This document shows, piece after piece, positions 1 to 8,033 of a DNA stretch of 41,092 nt. The notes beneath the pieces were generated by a model that did not search any database, was not told the origin of the DNA, and was given only the letters and a program-made list of their open reading frames with translations. The position numbers and the translations under genes were made by a program. Positions within the stretch are counted from its first letter, which is position 1. Each line of letters starts with the position of its first letter. This stretch comes from a virus: the IMG/VR virus record IMGVR_UViG_3300012322_000001. One strand, 5' to 3'.

Positions 1-127
1 GCCTCGCGAAAGTACGACTGCACCGTAATCTTTGCAGGCTTGCGCGACGTGTTGTGCGCTGCCGTCCAGACTCGGGGATGAATCGGGACGATGCGCGGCT
101 CGCCGTTCTTCGTGTCGTCCAAGTGCC
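1..127. repeat. Terminal overlap copy 1 (identical to 40966-41092)
   Basis: Base-by-base identity of 1-127 with 40966-41092. It lies inside the integrase reading frame and joins it in frame. Confidence 0.95.
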
Positions 128-773
128 ACCGTCCGCCCTCCACTCGTGCGGACAGGATCTCCCCCAGTCTCATGCCAGAGTAGAAGGCGATGCGGATCAC
201 GCGCCTCACCTTGCGGTTTTTGATCTTGCGCGCGATCTTGATCATCTCGCGGCGGTCGATATAGATCCTCCGCTCGTTGCGCACCTGGGGCGTGATCACC
301 CGGGCGCCCGGGTCATTTGTGCCGAACCCGTGGTATTTCCACGCATACCGGCACGCTGCCACTAGATAGCGAATCCGCGCCCGGATCGTGGCCGGGGCCA
401 TGTCCTTGCCGTAGCGCGAGCGGCCAGAGTTCTGCATCACGTCCCTGCAGACCTCCGGGAGGGCGGAAATCCTCTTCCCCTCAAAAGCCCAGTGGATCAG
501 ATCGATTTCCCGTGCGGCGTTCTCTCCCTGCTTGAGCAGTGGCACGCGTTCTGCGACGTAGACGGCAACAGCGTCATCAATTAGCCGGTCCTCGACACCA
601 AGGCCATTGGCGGTCGCGTAGAGCTTCGCTGACTCCTTGCGTTCGAATTCGTCGGCTTGGGCCGCAGTCCAAGCTTTCGGTAGGCGCTTTCGTATGCGGA
701 TACGCCCTCCGTTGATGACGCGGTCAAATTCAAAGACGTACGTACCACGCGATTTATCACGGACGATCGGCAT
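1..773 (-). CDS. int: Tyrosine integrase, 5' portion (continues across the circular junction into 40737-40965; 333 aa in total)
   Basis: ATG at 773-771. Hand translation gives MPIVRDKSRGTYVFEFDRVINGG...RIAFYSGMRLGEIL...DDTKNGEPRIVPIH and runs off the window start. It is in frame with ORF 40737-41087 (773+229 nt = 334 codons). The track omits it because no stop lies in the window. Confidence 0.9.
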   Translation of the reverse strand, partial: MPIVRDKSRGTYVFEFDRVINGGRIRIRKRLPKAWTAAQADEFERKESAKLYATANGLGVEDRLIDDAVAVYVAERVPLLKQGENAAREIDLIHWAFEGKRISALPEVCRDVMQNSGRSRYGKDMAPATIRARIRYLVAACRYAWKYHGFGTNDPGARVITPQVRNERRIYIDRREMIKIARKIKNRKVRRVIRIAFYSGMRLGEILSARVEGGRWHLDDTKNGEPRIVPIHPRVWTAAHNTSRKPAKITVQSYFRE

Positions 774-925
774 TGTTGCTTGTACTCCAGGATGTCTGTT
801 TCATCGAAATTCACGTTGCGGCCGATTCGGTAGCACGGGATTGGACCACCAGGAGCCGCGAGCCCGTACACCTTGCGGGGGCTGACCCCCAGCAGCACGG
901 CGGCTTGTTGAGCTGAAATTTGCAT
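581..925 (-). CDS. xis: Excisionase-type HTH protein (AlpA/Xis-like N-terminal 52 aa; C-terminal 62 aa overlap int in another frame)
   Basis: MQISAQQAAVLLGVSPRKVYGLAA..IPCYRIGRNVNFDETDILEY is an excisionase-style winged HTH. GGAGGA lies upstream of the ATG. It sits immediately upstream of int. Confidence 0.7.
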   Translation of the reverse strand: MQISAQQAAVLLGVSPRKVYGLAAPGGPIPCYRIGRNVNFDETDILEYKQQCRSSVINRVVRTSLNLTASSTEGVSAYESAYRKLGLRPKPTNSNARSQRSSTRPPMALVSRTG

Positions 926-1030
926 TCAGTCCTCCATGAAAGAACCCGCTGGTGCGGGCTCTGGTTGCTGGTCCTGTGGCTCTTGCCACCTGTCGCGCTT
1001 GTCGCCGCGCTCGCGGGCTCGCTTGCTCAT
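926..1030 (-). CDS. Hypothetical 34-aa protein (MSKRARERGDKRDRWQEPQDQQPEPAPAGSFMED)
   Basis: ATGA overlap with the upstream ORF at 1027-1030. Its stop directly abuts the xis ATG. Third-position GC is high. Below the track size cutoff, translated by hand. Confidence 0.35.
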   Translation of the reverse strand: MSKRARERGDKRDRWQEPQDQQPEPAPAGSFMED

Positions 1031-1200
1031 GGCTGCTTCTCCTGGATGCGTGTTTGGAGCTCGGCGGCAAGTCTTTGATGCCACTTCTGCGCAGCCTCGT
1101 CGCCTGCGAAGACGACATGGAAGTTCATGCCCGGCACAACTGCGCCGATGATCATGGCGACGATGAAGCAGGCTCCGATTACGGCGAGGAATTGGGTCAT
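1027..1200 (-). CDS. Small membrane protein, 57 aa (MTQFLAVIGACFIVAMIIGAVVPG...)
   Basis: ATGA overlap with ORF 1197-1616. One N-terminal hydrophobic helix followed by a charged tail. Translated by hand. Confidence 0.5.
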   Translation of the reverse strand: MTQFLAVIGACFIVAMIIGAVVPGMNFHVVFAGDEAAQKWHQRLAAELQTRIQEKQP

Positions 1201-1616
1201 GGCTTGTCCTTCATGGCTCGGATGGCTGCATCAGCGCAGTCCCAAACCTGGTGCCTGGGATCCACGTCTTCGAGCGCGTGGTCGCACCGGTCCTCATGCT
1301 CGCGCATGACATCCCAGATCGCGCGGGCGACATCGGAGCGCAGCCTCAGGCGGTCGTCATCGCTCAGCGGCAGCGGCTTGCGCGCCTCCAGCTCTGCCCG
1401 GCGCTCATCTCCCGCTGTGCATCGCTGGACGCTGCTGCAGTACCTGGGGGTGTCGCACTGCAGGAGCTGCTGCAGGCGCTCGTTCTCGGCCTGCAGGCGG
1501 CGCAGCTCGGCAGCGGCCTGCTTGATCGGGTTGCCGTGGTCGCCGACGAGCCAGCAGCCCGTCTCCAGCTTCTCAGCAAGGCGCTCCGCTTCGGAGGGTG
1601 TTGGTGCTGTGGTCAC
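1197..1616 (-). CDS. Hypothetical protein, 139 aa (GTG start)
   Basis: Track ORF 1197-1787 trimmed to the GTG at 1616, which overlaps the upstream stop (GTGA). AAGGA lies 8 nt upstream. The product has a coiled-coil-like segment AAAELRRLQAENERLQQLL. Confidence 0.6.
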   Translation of the reverse strand: MTTAPTPSEAERLAEKLETGCWLVGDHGNPIKQAAAELRRLQAENERLQQLLQCDTPRYCSSVQRCTAGDERRAELEARKPLPLSDDDRLRLRSDVARAIWDVMREHEDRCDHALEDVDPRHQVWDCADAAIRAMKDKP

Positions 1617-2203
1617 GGGGTCTGTCCTTTCTCGGCTGCCGGCGCGATCTGCTTCAGAGCCTCGCGCACGGCATTGCATATGCGCTCCAGGTGGCCGTAC
1701 TCCGGGTTCGTCTCCGTGGCCTGCACAGCCATCATGGTGCCGTCCGGCCCGAAGATTTCCTCCAACAGCTCGGCCTTGGACCAGCACTGGCTTTCGGTTT
1801 CGCAGTTGGCAAGCTCATCGACGCGCCCCATCAGCTCCTCGGCCTGGGCCTTGGTCAATGGGTCGTACTCGAACCGGCACGCGGCTGTGCCCTTGCGGCG
1901 CCCCCTGATGGTCTTCCGCGCCAGGGAAACCAGCGCATCGGCGCTGTAGCGGATGGCGTGCAGGTCCGGAGCGAGGTTGCTGATCAGGTAGTGGTTGTCG
2001 CAGCTGGCGAAAAATTGCGCGATGCCCCGTTCGCCCATGGCGCCCCAGTACGAGGCCCAGGCCCGTCCGTAGCACTCAACGGTGATGCGGCCGCGCCCCG
2101 GCTCGATGTCGTCCAGGGTGACGCGGATCGGGTCCAGCCGGTGGGATTGCATGATGTCGCTGATCGTGATGTGCACGACCGCGTTTGAGCGCTCAACTTT
2201 CAT
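1613..2203 (-). CDS. Hypothetical protein, 196 aa
   Basis: Track ORF 1613-2263 trimmed to MKVERSNAVV, with AAAGGA upstream. Normal protein-like composition. Confidence 0.7.
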   Translation of the reverse strand: MKVERSNAVVHITISDIMQSHRLDPIRVTLDDIEPGRGRITVECYGRAWASYWGAMGERGIAQFFASCDNHYLISNLAPDLHAIRYSADALVSLARKTIRGRRKGTAACRFEYDPLTKAQAEELMGRVDELANCETESQCWSKAELLEEIFGPDGTMMAVQATETNPEYGHLERICNAVREALKQIAPAAEKGQTP

Positions 2204-2549
2204 GTGGTCCTTTCTGCTGCGCCTGGGCGCGCAACGGCGATTTGCGCTCGTAGAGCACGGCATGGCGATAGGCTGCGTACTCGGCAGTCTTGCCTTCCGC
2301 GTCGTCCGGTGAGGCGAACCAGCGTTCTGGCTTCAGCCACTGCTCCACATTGATCGGCCTGTAGTTGCCGTCGCGCCAGCCGTTGTAGCCAGCGAGCACC
2401 ACGCCGCTGGTGATGTCGCCGTTCTTGAGGCGCACGACCTGCCAGACGCCGGTGAGTGACCAAATCTTCTGGGCGAACCATTGATCCTGGGGGACCCACC
2501 AGCCGCGTTCGGTCTCGTTGCGCACTGTGATTTCGATGGGTTCTTGCAT
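2193..2549 (-). CDS. Hypothetical protein, 118 aa (Trp-rich)
   Basis: Track ORF. Part of the coupled leftward gene chain. Confidence 0.7.
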   Translation of the reverse strand: MQEPIEITVRNETERGWWVPQDQWFAQKIWSLTGVWQVVRLKNGDITSGVVLAGYNGWRDGNYRPINVEQWLKPERWFASPDDAEGKTAEYAAYRHAVLYERKSPLRAQAQQKGPHES

Positions 2550-2587
2550 GTCAGCTCTCCTTGTGCCCAGTGGGGCGCGGTGATTCG

Positions 2588-3001
2588 TTACCAGACACGG
2601 AAGCCTCCAGACTTCTCGGCCCAGTCAGCAAATGCGCGCGTTTCCTCAACGAAGTCGCGGCGCACGGGCAGGGTGTAAAGGCGGGTGCGGTCGTCACGCA
2701 TGCGCTGCTGTTCGCTGGCCGGCATCTTTTCCCACTCGGCATACAGGCTGTCCTGTAGGTCGGCCACCCAGCGAGCGATCTGCGCCATCTGCTTCGCTTC
2801 AGAGGCCGAGACCCGGGCGCCATCGTTTTTGGAAACGCACAGTCCATCCTTGCGATTCCGCGCGACGTACTGTCCAGGCACGAAGGCCTTGCCATAGCCC
2901 AGGGGCAGGCCAACGCCGGCATCCAACATCCACGGCCACGAGAATCCGCCGGCGTCGAAGTCGCCTGCCGCCTTGTTTCGCGGGTTCAGGGTGTATCCCA
3001 T
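2588..3001 (-). CDS. Hypothetical protein, 137 aa
   Basis: Track ORF 2588-3130 trimmed to MGYTLNPRNKAAGDF, starting 2 nt after the upstream stop. Confidence 0.7.
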   Translation of the reverse strand: MGYTLNPRNKAAGDFDAGGFSWPWMLDAGVGLPLGYGKAFVPGQYVARNRKDGLCVSKNDGARVSASEAKQMAQIARWVADLQDSLYAEWEKMPASEQQRMRDDRTRLYTLPVRRDFVEETRAFADWAEKSGGFRVW

Positions 3002-3003
3002 GC

Positions 3004-4044
3004 TCACGCCCCCTTGGCTGCTGCCTGGGCTGCGCGATAGAGCGGGTAGCAGCCGGGCGGCAGCGTGCACGGTGGCACAGTCTCGTAGTCGAGGCCTCCC
3101 CCGCTGTCCACTTCGAGCGTGGCCACCCATTCGCCCAGAGCAGACGTGGTATTGGCCTCCTCCAACATGTTGAGCAGGTCCACCACGATTTCGCTGGGGC
3201 AGTCCATCGGACCGAGCCAGCCGACCGCCTTTAGCGCGTCGGAGTTGCGTTCGATGGCTTGCATGAAAGCCTCCCCAACGTCGCGCAGGCCCAGTGGGTC
3301 CGCATCCACTGCAGGCGCAGCAGGTGCTGCCGCAGCGCTGAAGTGATGCGCGACAGACTGCAGCCGGGCCAGCGCTGCTTTGGCCCGCTTCGATGCCTTC
3401 CCGATGCTGTCCATGGGCTGGAAAGCGCCGTCCGCTAGTTCCTCACGGTTCGCAATGGCAGCCAGTGCATGTTCGACATACTGCAGGGCGCAGTACGCGG
3501 CATCGGGGATGGCCGCTGCCACGGGCGCAGCAGGTGCCTGGGGCGCTGCTGCCAGTGCGGCCCGAGCCATGTCGCAGAAGCTGGCCCAGTAGCTCATGGG
3601 GTGCCGCGTCACGCTGTGCTCTGGCTCGGCCTTCGCCCAGGCGTCGAAAAGCAGTTGAGCAAGCTCGTTCACATCGAAGCGCGAAGGGGCTGCAGGCGCT
3701 TCCAGGGCGGGGGCTGCCGGCGCGTGGCTCAGGATGTTGGCGATCATTTGGGCGCAGTCCACATCAAAGTAGCCGTCATCAGCCACGGCTGCGATCCAGT
3801 CGCGCGTTGGCGTAGCCGGAACGAGACGCCAGCCTGCGCGGGCTACCCCAGCCGCAGCGGCAGGAGCTGCCCCGGCGAGATCAGCGCGCACGTAGGGGAT
3901 GCCAGTGCCGTCCACGTCGTCGCGGCACCATGTCACTTCGCTCAGGGCGCTGAAATCGATGTTCTCGGGGAGCTGCGGCCCGCCCTGCAGGTAGATGCAC
4001 TTGGGAGCGGTGGCCTGCACGGGCCTGGTCTTGTTTGCTGTCAT
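3004..4044 (-). CDS. Hypothetical multidomain protein, 346 aa, with Ala/Pro-rich linkers
   Basis: Track ORF 3004-4170 trimmed to MTANKTRPVQ, with AAGGAAG upstream. Repeated AAPAAPA-type linkers separate globular segments. Confidence 0.7.
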   Translation of the reverse strand: MTANKTRPVQATAPKCIYLQGGPQLPENIDFSALSEVTWCRDDVDGTGIPYVRADLAGAAPAAAAGVARAGWRLVPATPTRDWIAAVADDGYFDVDCAQMIANILSHAPAAPALEAPAAPSRFDVNELAQLLFDAWAKAEPEHSVTRHPMSYWASFCDMARAALAAAPQAPAAPVAAAIPDAAYCALQYVEHALAAIANREELADGAFQPMDSIGKASKRAKAALARLQSVAHHFSAAAAPAAPAVDADPLGLRDVGEAFMQAIERNSDALKAVGWLGPMDCPSEIVVDLLNMLEEANTTSALGEWVATLEVDSGGGLDYETVPPCTLPPGCYPLYRAAQAAAKGA

Positions 4045-4160
4045 GAGGCTTCCTTGTTGAGCAGCTGCCAATGCGCGGCGGTGGTGTTGATGACGTGGCC
4101 TGCGCGCTGCAGCAGCAGCGGGCACGCGGCCTGGGGTGGGGTCGGGGTCATGGGGTGCAG

Positions 4161-4189
4161 AAAAAAGCAAACCCGCCGAAGTGGGTTGG
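4161..4189 (-). terminator. Possible intrinsic terminator (minus strand; weaker)
   Basis: Minus-strand AACCCAC-UUCG-GCGGGUU hairpin with one mismatch, followed by UGC-U6. It lies between the PAPS-reductase-like gene and the next gene. Confidence 0.4.
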
Positions 4190-5002
4190 TCAGGGAAGGT
4201 GACACTCGCAGGGGAGGGATTCCTGCATGACGTTGATGCGGATGATCTTGTTGGCCTGGGCCCAAAACCGTTGGTGCGGGATGTGCTCAGTTGCAGGAAT
4301 ACCGTTCGCCTTCATCGCCGCAAACTTCGGCTCCATGTCTTCGAGGTACACCGGCTTGTCGCCGTCCCAGTGGATTGCGTGGCCTATCTCGTCCTCTGCC
4401 CACTTGGCCTTGAGCCAGATATCAGGGCGGATGCAATAGACGATGTACCAGTGCTGCCATCCGGCTTTGAGGCAGCCGATACAGTTGCCGTGCTTGAAGA
4501 CGCCGTAGGTGCATGGGCGCGGGATGCCAAGGGCCTCCGTGCTGTCGTGCTTGCGGTCGGCCCAAAGGCGCGGATAGTCGGTCTGCCAGCCCAGGGTGCC
4601 CATGATCCCGGTGCGGCGTTGGATGCGTGCCGGTTCCGTGGCGTCGAAGCCGTAGTAGATGACGCTCTCATCTTGGCTCGCATTTGCTGCAAGCCACTCC
4701 ATGAACGGCTCGGTCTTGAGGCGTGCAGTGCAGATCTCCTGCCCATTGTTGACTTTGAATGCATTGGATTCCACTGTCACGTCGAACTGGTCTTGCGTGG
4801 CGTTACGCCGGTTGGCGAATGTCAACGGCACGTCCAGGTGCTCGGCCACGTCGCGCTTGAAGCGCTTGATGTCCGCATGCTCGACGCTGAAGTGCATGTC
4901 GTGGTTGAGCAGCACCAGGTTCTTTGTGCCAAAGCGGTGGGCCACGTCCAGCGCGACCAGGGCCGAGCTGTGCCCGCCCGAGTAGCAGACGATGTGCTGC
5001 AT
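4190..5002 (-). CDS. PAPS reductase-like / PP-loop ATP pyrophosphatase family protein, 270 aa
   Basis: The N-terminal IVCYSGGHSSA resembles the SGGxDS PP-loop. Size and layout fit phage PAPS-reductase-like proteins. There is a C-terminal CIGC motif. Confidence 0.7.
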   Translation of the reverse strand: MQHIVCYSGGHSSALVALDVAHRFGTKNLVLLNHDMHFSVEHADIKRFKRDVAEHLDVPLTFANRRNATQDQFDVTVESNAFKVNNGQEICTARLKTEPFMEWLAANASQDESVIYYGFDATEPARIQRRTGIMGTLGWQTDYPRLWADRKHDSTEALGIPRPCTYGVFKHGNCIGCLKAGWQHWYIVYCIRPDIWLKAKWAEDEIGHAIHWDGDKPVYLEDMEPKFAAMKANGIPATEHIPHQRFWAQANKIIRINVMQESLPCECHLP

Positions 5003-5044
5003 GTGTTGCCTTTCGGGGAAGGGCCGAACGCCAAGCGCTGGGCC

Positions 5045-5075
5045 AAAAAAAGCCCTCGCGGCATACCGGGAGGGC
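5045..5075 (-). terminator. Intrinsic terminator (minus strand)
   Basis: Minus-strand GCCCTC...GAGGGC hairpin with an inner CGG/CCG extension, followed by U7. It lies in the 91-nt gap between genes 5094-5585 and 4190-5002. Confidence 0.6.
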
Positions 5076-5093
5076 TTCGGGGGGAGGTGGATG

Positions 5094-5585
5094 TCAGGCG
5101 CTGGCGTCGAGCCGATCTTTGATTGCAGTCACCTTGCGGTGGTACTCATTGGCCGCGTACACGCGCTCCAGGGCGTCACGCAGTTCACGCCGCGTGCACT
5201 GCTGCTGCATCTCATTGCAGATGCGCAGGGCCTCGTAGATTGCGTCGTACTCTGGCTTTGACGCGCCCCATGTCTGTGTGCGGTCGTGGCGTGCGCTGAT
5301 GGAGCGCATGGCGTCCTGCGCGTCCACCATCGCAGACTCGGCGTCCGGGAAGTGGTCGCTCGCGAGGAATCGTCCCCAGTTGATCCTCAGCGTCAGCGTG
5401 TGCCACGTCGTCTCATCGGCAGTGCCTTCGATCAGCGTTGTTGCAAGGCCGATCGGGACAAGCTGCAGCTGCGTCTCGTCAGCCGCGTTGAACCGGATGT
5501 TGATGGGCAACTGGATGTTCCCAGCACCCAGCACAGGGCGCCGCTGTTTCTTTGCCGCGCGGCGCTGGGCTCTGTTGAGTTCCAT
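5094..5585 (-). CDS. Hypothetical protein, 163 aa (basic N-terminus)
   Basis: Track ORF. It starts 2 nt after the upstream stop. Confidence 0.7.
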   Translation of the reverse strand: MELNRAQRRAAKKQRRPVLGAGNIQLPINIRFNAADETQLQLVPIGLATTLIEGTADETTWHTLTLRINWGRFLASDHFPDAESAMVDAQDAMRSISARHDRTQTWGASKPEYDAIYEALRICNEMQQQCTRRELRDALERVYAANEYHRKVTAIKDRLDASA

Positions 5586-5587
5586 GG

Positions 5588-5842
5588 TCAGAATGGAGGG
5601 TCAGTTGCGTCCTGGTACTCGTTCCGGCTTTGGCGAGCAGGCGGACTTTGCTGGCTATCGCGCGGCTTCGGCTCGTTGAGGTATGCCCAGCCATCCCAAC
5701 CGACCGGCACGGCTTCGAGCTTTAGCATCAGTCCATTGCGGCCCTCGATAACGGCGCCGATAGTGAGGTAGCGGTTCTTTTCCTGGCCGTTGTTGTCTGT
5801 GTATTTGCCGGTGACGGCGGTGACTTCGTACTTGCGTGCCAT
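5588..5842 (-). CDS. Hypothetical protein, 84 aa; possible small ssDNA-binding protein
   Basis: It lies directly downstream of erf. The compact beta-rich N-terminal part is followed by a disordered tail ending in the acidic DATDPPF, which resembles the SSB C-terminal tip (D-I-P-F). Confidence 0.5.
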   Translation of the reverse strand: MARKYEVTAVTGKYTDNNGQEKNRYLTIGAVIEGRNGLMLKLEAVPVGWDGWAYLNEPKPRDSQQSPPARQSRNEYQDATDPPF

Positions 5843-5851
5843 GGTGCTCTT

Positions 5852-6460
5852 TCAGTTTTTGATGGATTGGGCGTGGGCCTTGAGGCTGCTGCGTGTCTTA
5901 GAGTCCAGCTTGGGCCAGAGGTATGTCTTCTCTTCTGGATCGGTGATGCCTACCAACTCGCCGTAGGCGCCATGCACGTCGTTGGCATCCATGCGCTCAT
6001 TAATGGCCCGGACAACGCTGTCACATACAGCCATGCGCTCTACAGACACCAAAGCGCCATCAGTTGGCTTGTGACGCGGCGCTGGCTTCTTGGATGCAGC
6101 GTTGCCGTCATCGTCTTCCGGCGCTATACCGCATGCCGCCATAAGCCCGTACCGGCGCGCGTAGGTCAGTGCCGAGCCGTAGCCTTGGGGGTCCTGCTTG
6201 GACGCCGGGACATGCAGCTTCCCAGCGCTAATTTGCTCGCCAGATTCGTGGATGAACAGCGTCTCCACGGTCACTCCGCTCGGGTCTTCATGGCACGGCT
6301 GCATCAGCATGATCCCGTTGTTGTTGAGGCCGTCGATCACGGCTTCAACGCACGCACTCAGGTCCGCGTACTTGCTGCGGAAATGGGGGTTTTGGCTGGT
6401 CTTGAGCGCAGGGCCGAACTCCTTCTGGGCCTTGACCAGCGCTGCCGAAATTGCTTGCAT
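5852..6460 (-). CDS. erf: ERF-family single-strand annealing (recombination) protein, 202 aa
   Basis: ALVKAQKEF...NPHFRSKYADL...HESGE...DPQGYGSALTYARRYGLMAACGIAPEDDDGN matches the conserved ERF pattern. AGGAGA lies upstream of the ATG at 6460. Confidence 0.8.
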   Translation of the reverse strand: MQAISAALVKAQKEFGPALKTSQNPHFRSKYADLSACVEAVIDGLNNNGIMLMQPCHEDPSGVTVETLFIHESGEQISAGKLHVPASKQDPQGYGSALTYARRYGLMAACGIAPEDDDGNAASKKPAPRHKPTDGALVSVERMAVCDSVVRAINERMDANDVHGAYGELVGITDPEEKTYLWPKLDSKTRSSLKAHAQSIKN

Positions 6461-6468
6461 GATTTCTC

Positions 6469-6585
6469 CTAGAAGGCGGCTTCCTCGTCGCCATATGTGT
6501 CCACGTACCATTCCGCTGTCTGTCGCAAAACGCCGTATTCGGTGATCCATTGCTGGATGGCTTGTTCACGTTGTTCGTCGCTCAT
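6469..6585 (-). CDS. Hypothetical acidic 38-aa protein (MSDEQREQAIQQWITEYGVLRQTAEWYVDTYGDEEAAF)
   Basis: Hand-translated ORF that fills the gap upstream of erf. The SD is weak. Confidence 0.35.
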   Translation of the reverse strand: MSDEQREQAIQQWITEYGVLRQTAEWYVDTYGDEEAAF

Positions 6586-6601
6586 GGTGATCTCGGTTGC
6601 G

Positions 6602-6688
6602 CTAGAAGGCGCCTGAGTTGAAAGCGGCCACGGCCAGCGTCAGCGCACTGATGCCGGACCACAGGAATGCGTAGAAGAGGTGTTTCAT
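6602..6688 (-). CDS. Hydrophobic 28-aa peptide (MKHLFYAFLWSGISALTLAVAAFNSGAF)
   Basis: ATGA overlap with the upstream gene at 6685-6688. Third-position GC is about 80 percent. A single TM-like helix. Translated by hand. Confidence 0.4.
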   Translation of the reverse strand: MKHLFYAFLWSGISALTLAVAAFNSGAF

Positions 6689-7029
6689 GGCATGGCCTTT
6701 CCGATCTCTGCCGCGACGTGAACAATGGCGCGGCGCATCTGCTCGCGCTTGTCGTCGCGGAAAGTGGTGCAGCCAGGGATGCCCTGGCGTTGCGACTCAA
6801 CCGTGCAGCCATCGCCCTTGTGCTTTCCGGGCAAAACCTTGAGCCTGAGTTCCGCAGCCAGCCGAAAGGCTTGGCCATCGTCGGTTAGAGGATTCCACCC
6901 GAACCAAACTCCCTCGCTAGGCAGCACCAGGATTTCAGAACGCATCTCGCCGTGGTGGTACGAATCGCTCCACCTGTGTTGATGGCCCATAGCCTTTGCG
7001 GCCAGCGGCAGCAATTCCTTGTCGCTCAT
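6685..7029 (-). CDS. Hypothetical protein, 114 aa (NinX/DUF2591-like pattern WNPLTDDGQAFRLAAELRL)
   Basis: Track ORF. ATGA overlap with the upstream gene. Confidence 0.7.
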   Translation of the reverse strand: MSDKELLPLAAKAMGHQHRWSDSYHHGEMRSEILVLPSEGVWFGWNPLTDDGQAFRLAAELRLKVLPGKHKGDGCTVESQRQGIPGCTTFRDDKREQMRRAIVHVAAEIGKAMP

Positions 7030-7220
7030 GGCTTCTCCTTCTGACCCAGCGCGGCCCGGTAGCCGTTCGCAGTGGCGATGCCCGTGCCTTCTGTGAGAAA
7101 GTCCCAGGTGTGCCGGTACTGCTCGGCCTTGTTGATGACCGGCAAGTACCGGAGCATCTCGCTGCGCAGCTGGGCGATCTCTTCCTGCAGCTCTGCGTAT
7201 GTGGGCATGTCTGCGCTCAT
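7026..7220 (-). CDS. Hypothetical protein, 64 aa
   Basis: Track ORF 7026-7475 trimmed to MSADMPTYAELQ. ATGA overlap with the upstream stop, with AAAGGAG 7 nt upstream. Confidence 0.6.
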   Translation of the reverse strand: MSADMPTYAELQEEIAQLRSEMLRYLPVINKAEQYRHTWDFLTEGTGIATANGYRAALGQKEKP

Positions 7221-7618
7221 GGGGTTGCTCCTTTCACCAGAGCCAGGGCCGCGCGGGCCTGCTCCACATCGCGCCTCCAGTCCTCTGGATTTGCATATCC
7301 GTTCGGAACGATCTCTTTCTGGCAATTGACAGCGATGCTCGCGAATTTTTCCAACGCCTCCGCCAGCGCATCCCGCTGCTCCACCAGCTGGCGCGGCGTC
7401 AGGCCGGTTTCGTGGAACACGTTGCCAGCCTCTGCGATCAGAGCAGCGTTGGCTTGCATGTCTTGGTGCTTGCAAGCTACGAATGGCAGGCTCTGGCCAC
7501 CACCCGCCTCAACTCCCCAAACCTCGCACCAGCCTGCTTCATCGATCCCGCCGCCGAGGTTTTTTAGCCAATTGCCGTGTATCCATGGCCCAGGCGTCGG
7601 CTTTCTTGCTTCGCTCAT
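7217..7618 (-). CDS. Hypothetical protein, 133 aa
   Basis: Track ORF 7217-7708 trimmed to MSEARKPTPGPW. ATGA overlap at 7615-7618. Confidence 0.7.
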   Translation of the reverse strand: MSEARKPTPGPWIHGNWLKNLGGGIDEAGWCEVWGVEAGGGQSLPFVACKHQDMQANAALIAEAGNVFHETGLTPRQLVEQRDALAEALEKFASIAVNCQKEIVPNGYANPEDWRRDVEQARAALALVKGATP

Positions 7619-8031
7619 GACGACTCCTTCTCGCGGGCGTGCAGCATGGCGTCGGCCCATGCCAGAGGCCACTGGACATACAGCTGCTTGACCTGCTCCC
7701 TGCGCCATGCCGCCGCGGCCTTCTCATGCGCGATTTTGGCCATCGCGTATTCGCGGATCCTTGGCTGGACGCAGTCCTGGGCATCCAAAAATTCGCCGAG
7801 CGCCTCCCACTCGCTCCGTTCCTCTTGGGTGAGCCTGGGAGGAACTTCGGGGGCATCCGGCTGAGCGGACACAACTGGCTGGAACCAGGGCTGAGGCTCG
7901 GCCGGCGCGTGCGCGATGAAGTAGTCGCGCAACAGCATGCCGCCGCTGGGCGCAATCTCGTAGCGCTCCTCGCCGTCGCTGCTGAGTCCGGTGAACTGGG
8001 CGTTGAGGCCGGGGGATGCGTATTCGGGCAT
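7615..8031 (-). CDS. Hypothetical protein, 138 aa
   Basis: Track ORF 7615-8052 trimmed to MPEYASPG, with AGGAGA 8 nt upstream. An alternative ATG at 8037 overlaps the upstream stop. Confidence 0.7.
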   Translation of the reverse strand: MPEYASPGLNAQFTGLSSDGEERYEIAPSGGMLLRDYFIAHAPAEPQPWFQPVVSAQPDAPEVPPRLTQEERSEWEALGEFLDAQDCVQPRIREYAMAKIAHEKAAAAWRREQVKQLYVQWPLAWADAMLHAREKESS

Positions 8032-8033
8032 GG

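Noticed and set aside
1-127. The terminal repeat read as a biological direct terminal repeat, LTR or attL/attR pair.
   Set aside because: The repeat lies within the integrase coding sequence and simply closes the reading frame. Its exact 127-nt length and position fit an assembly overlap of a circular contig.
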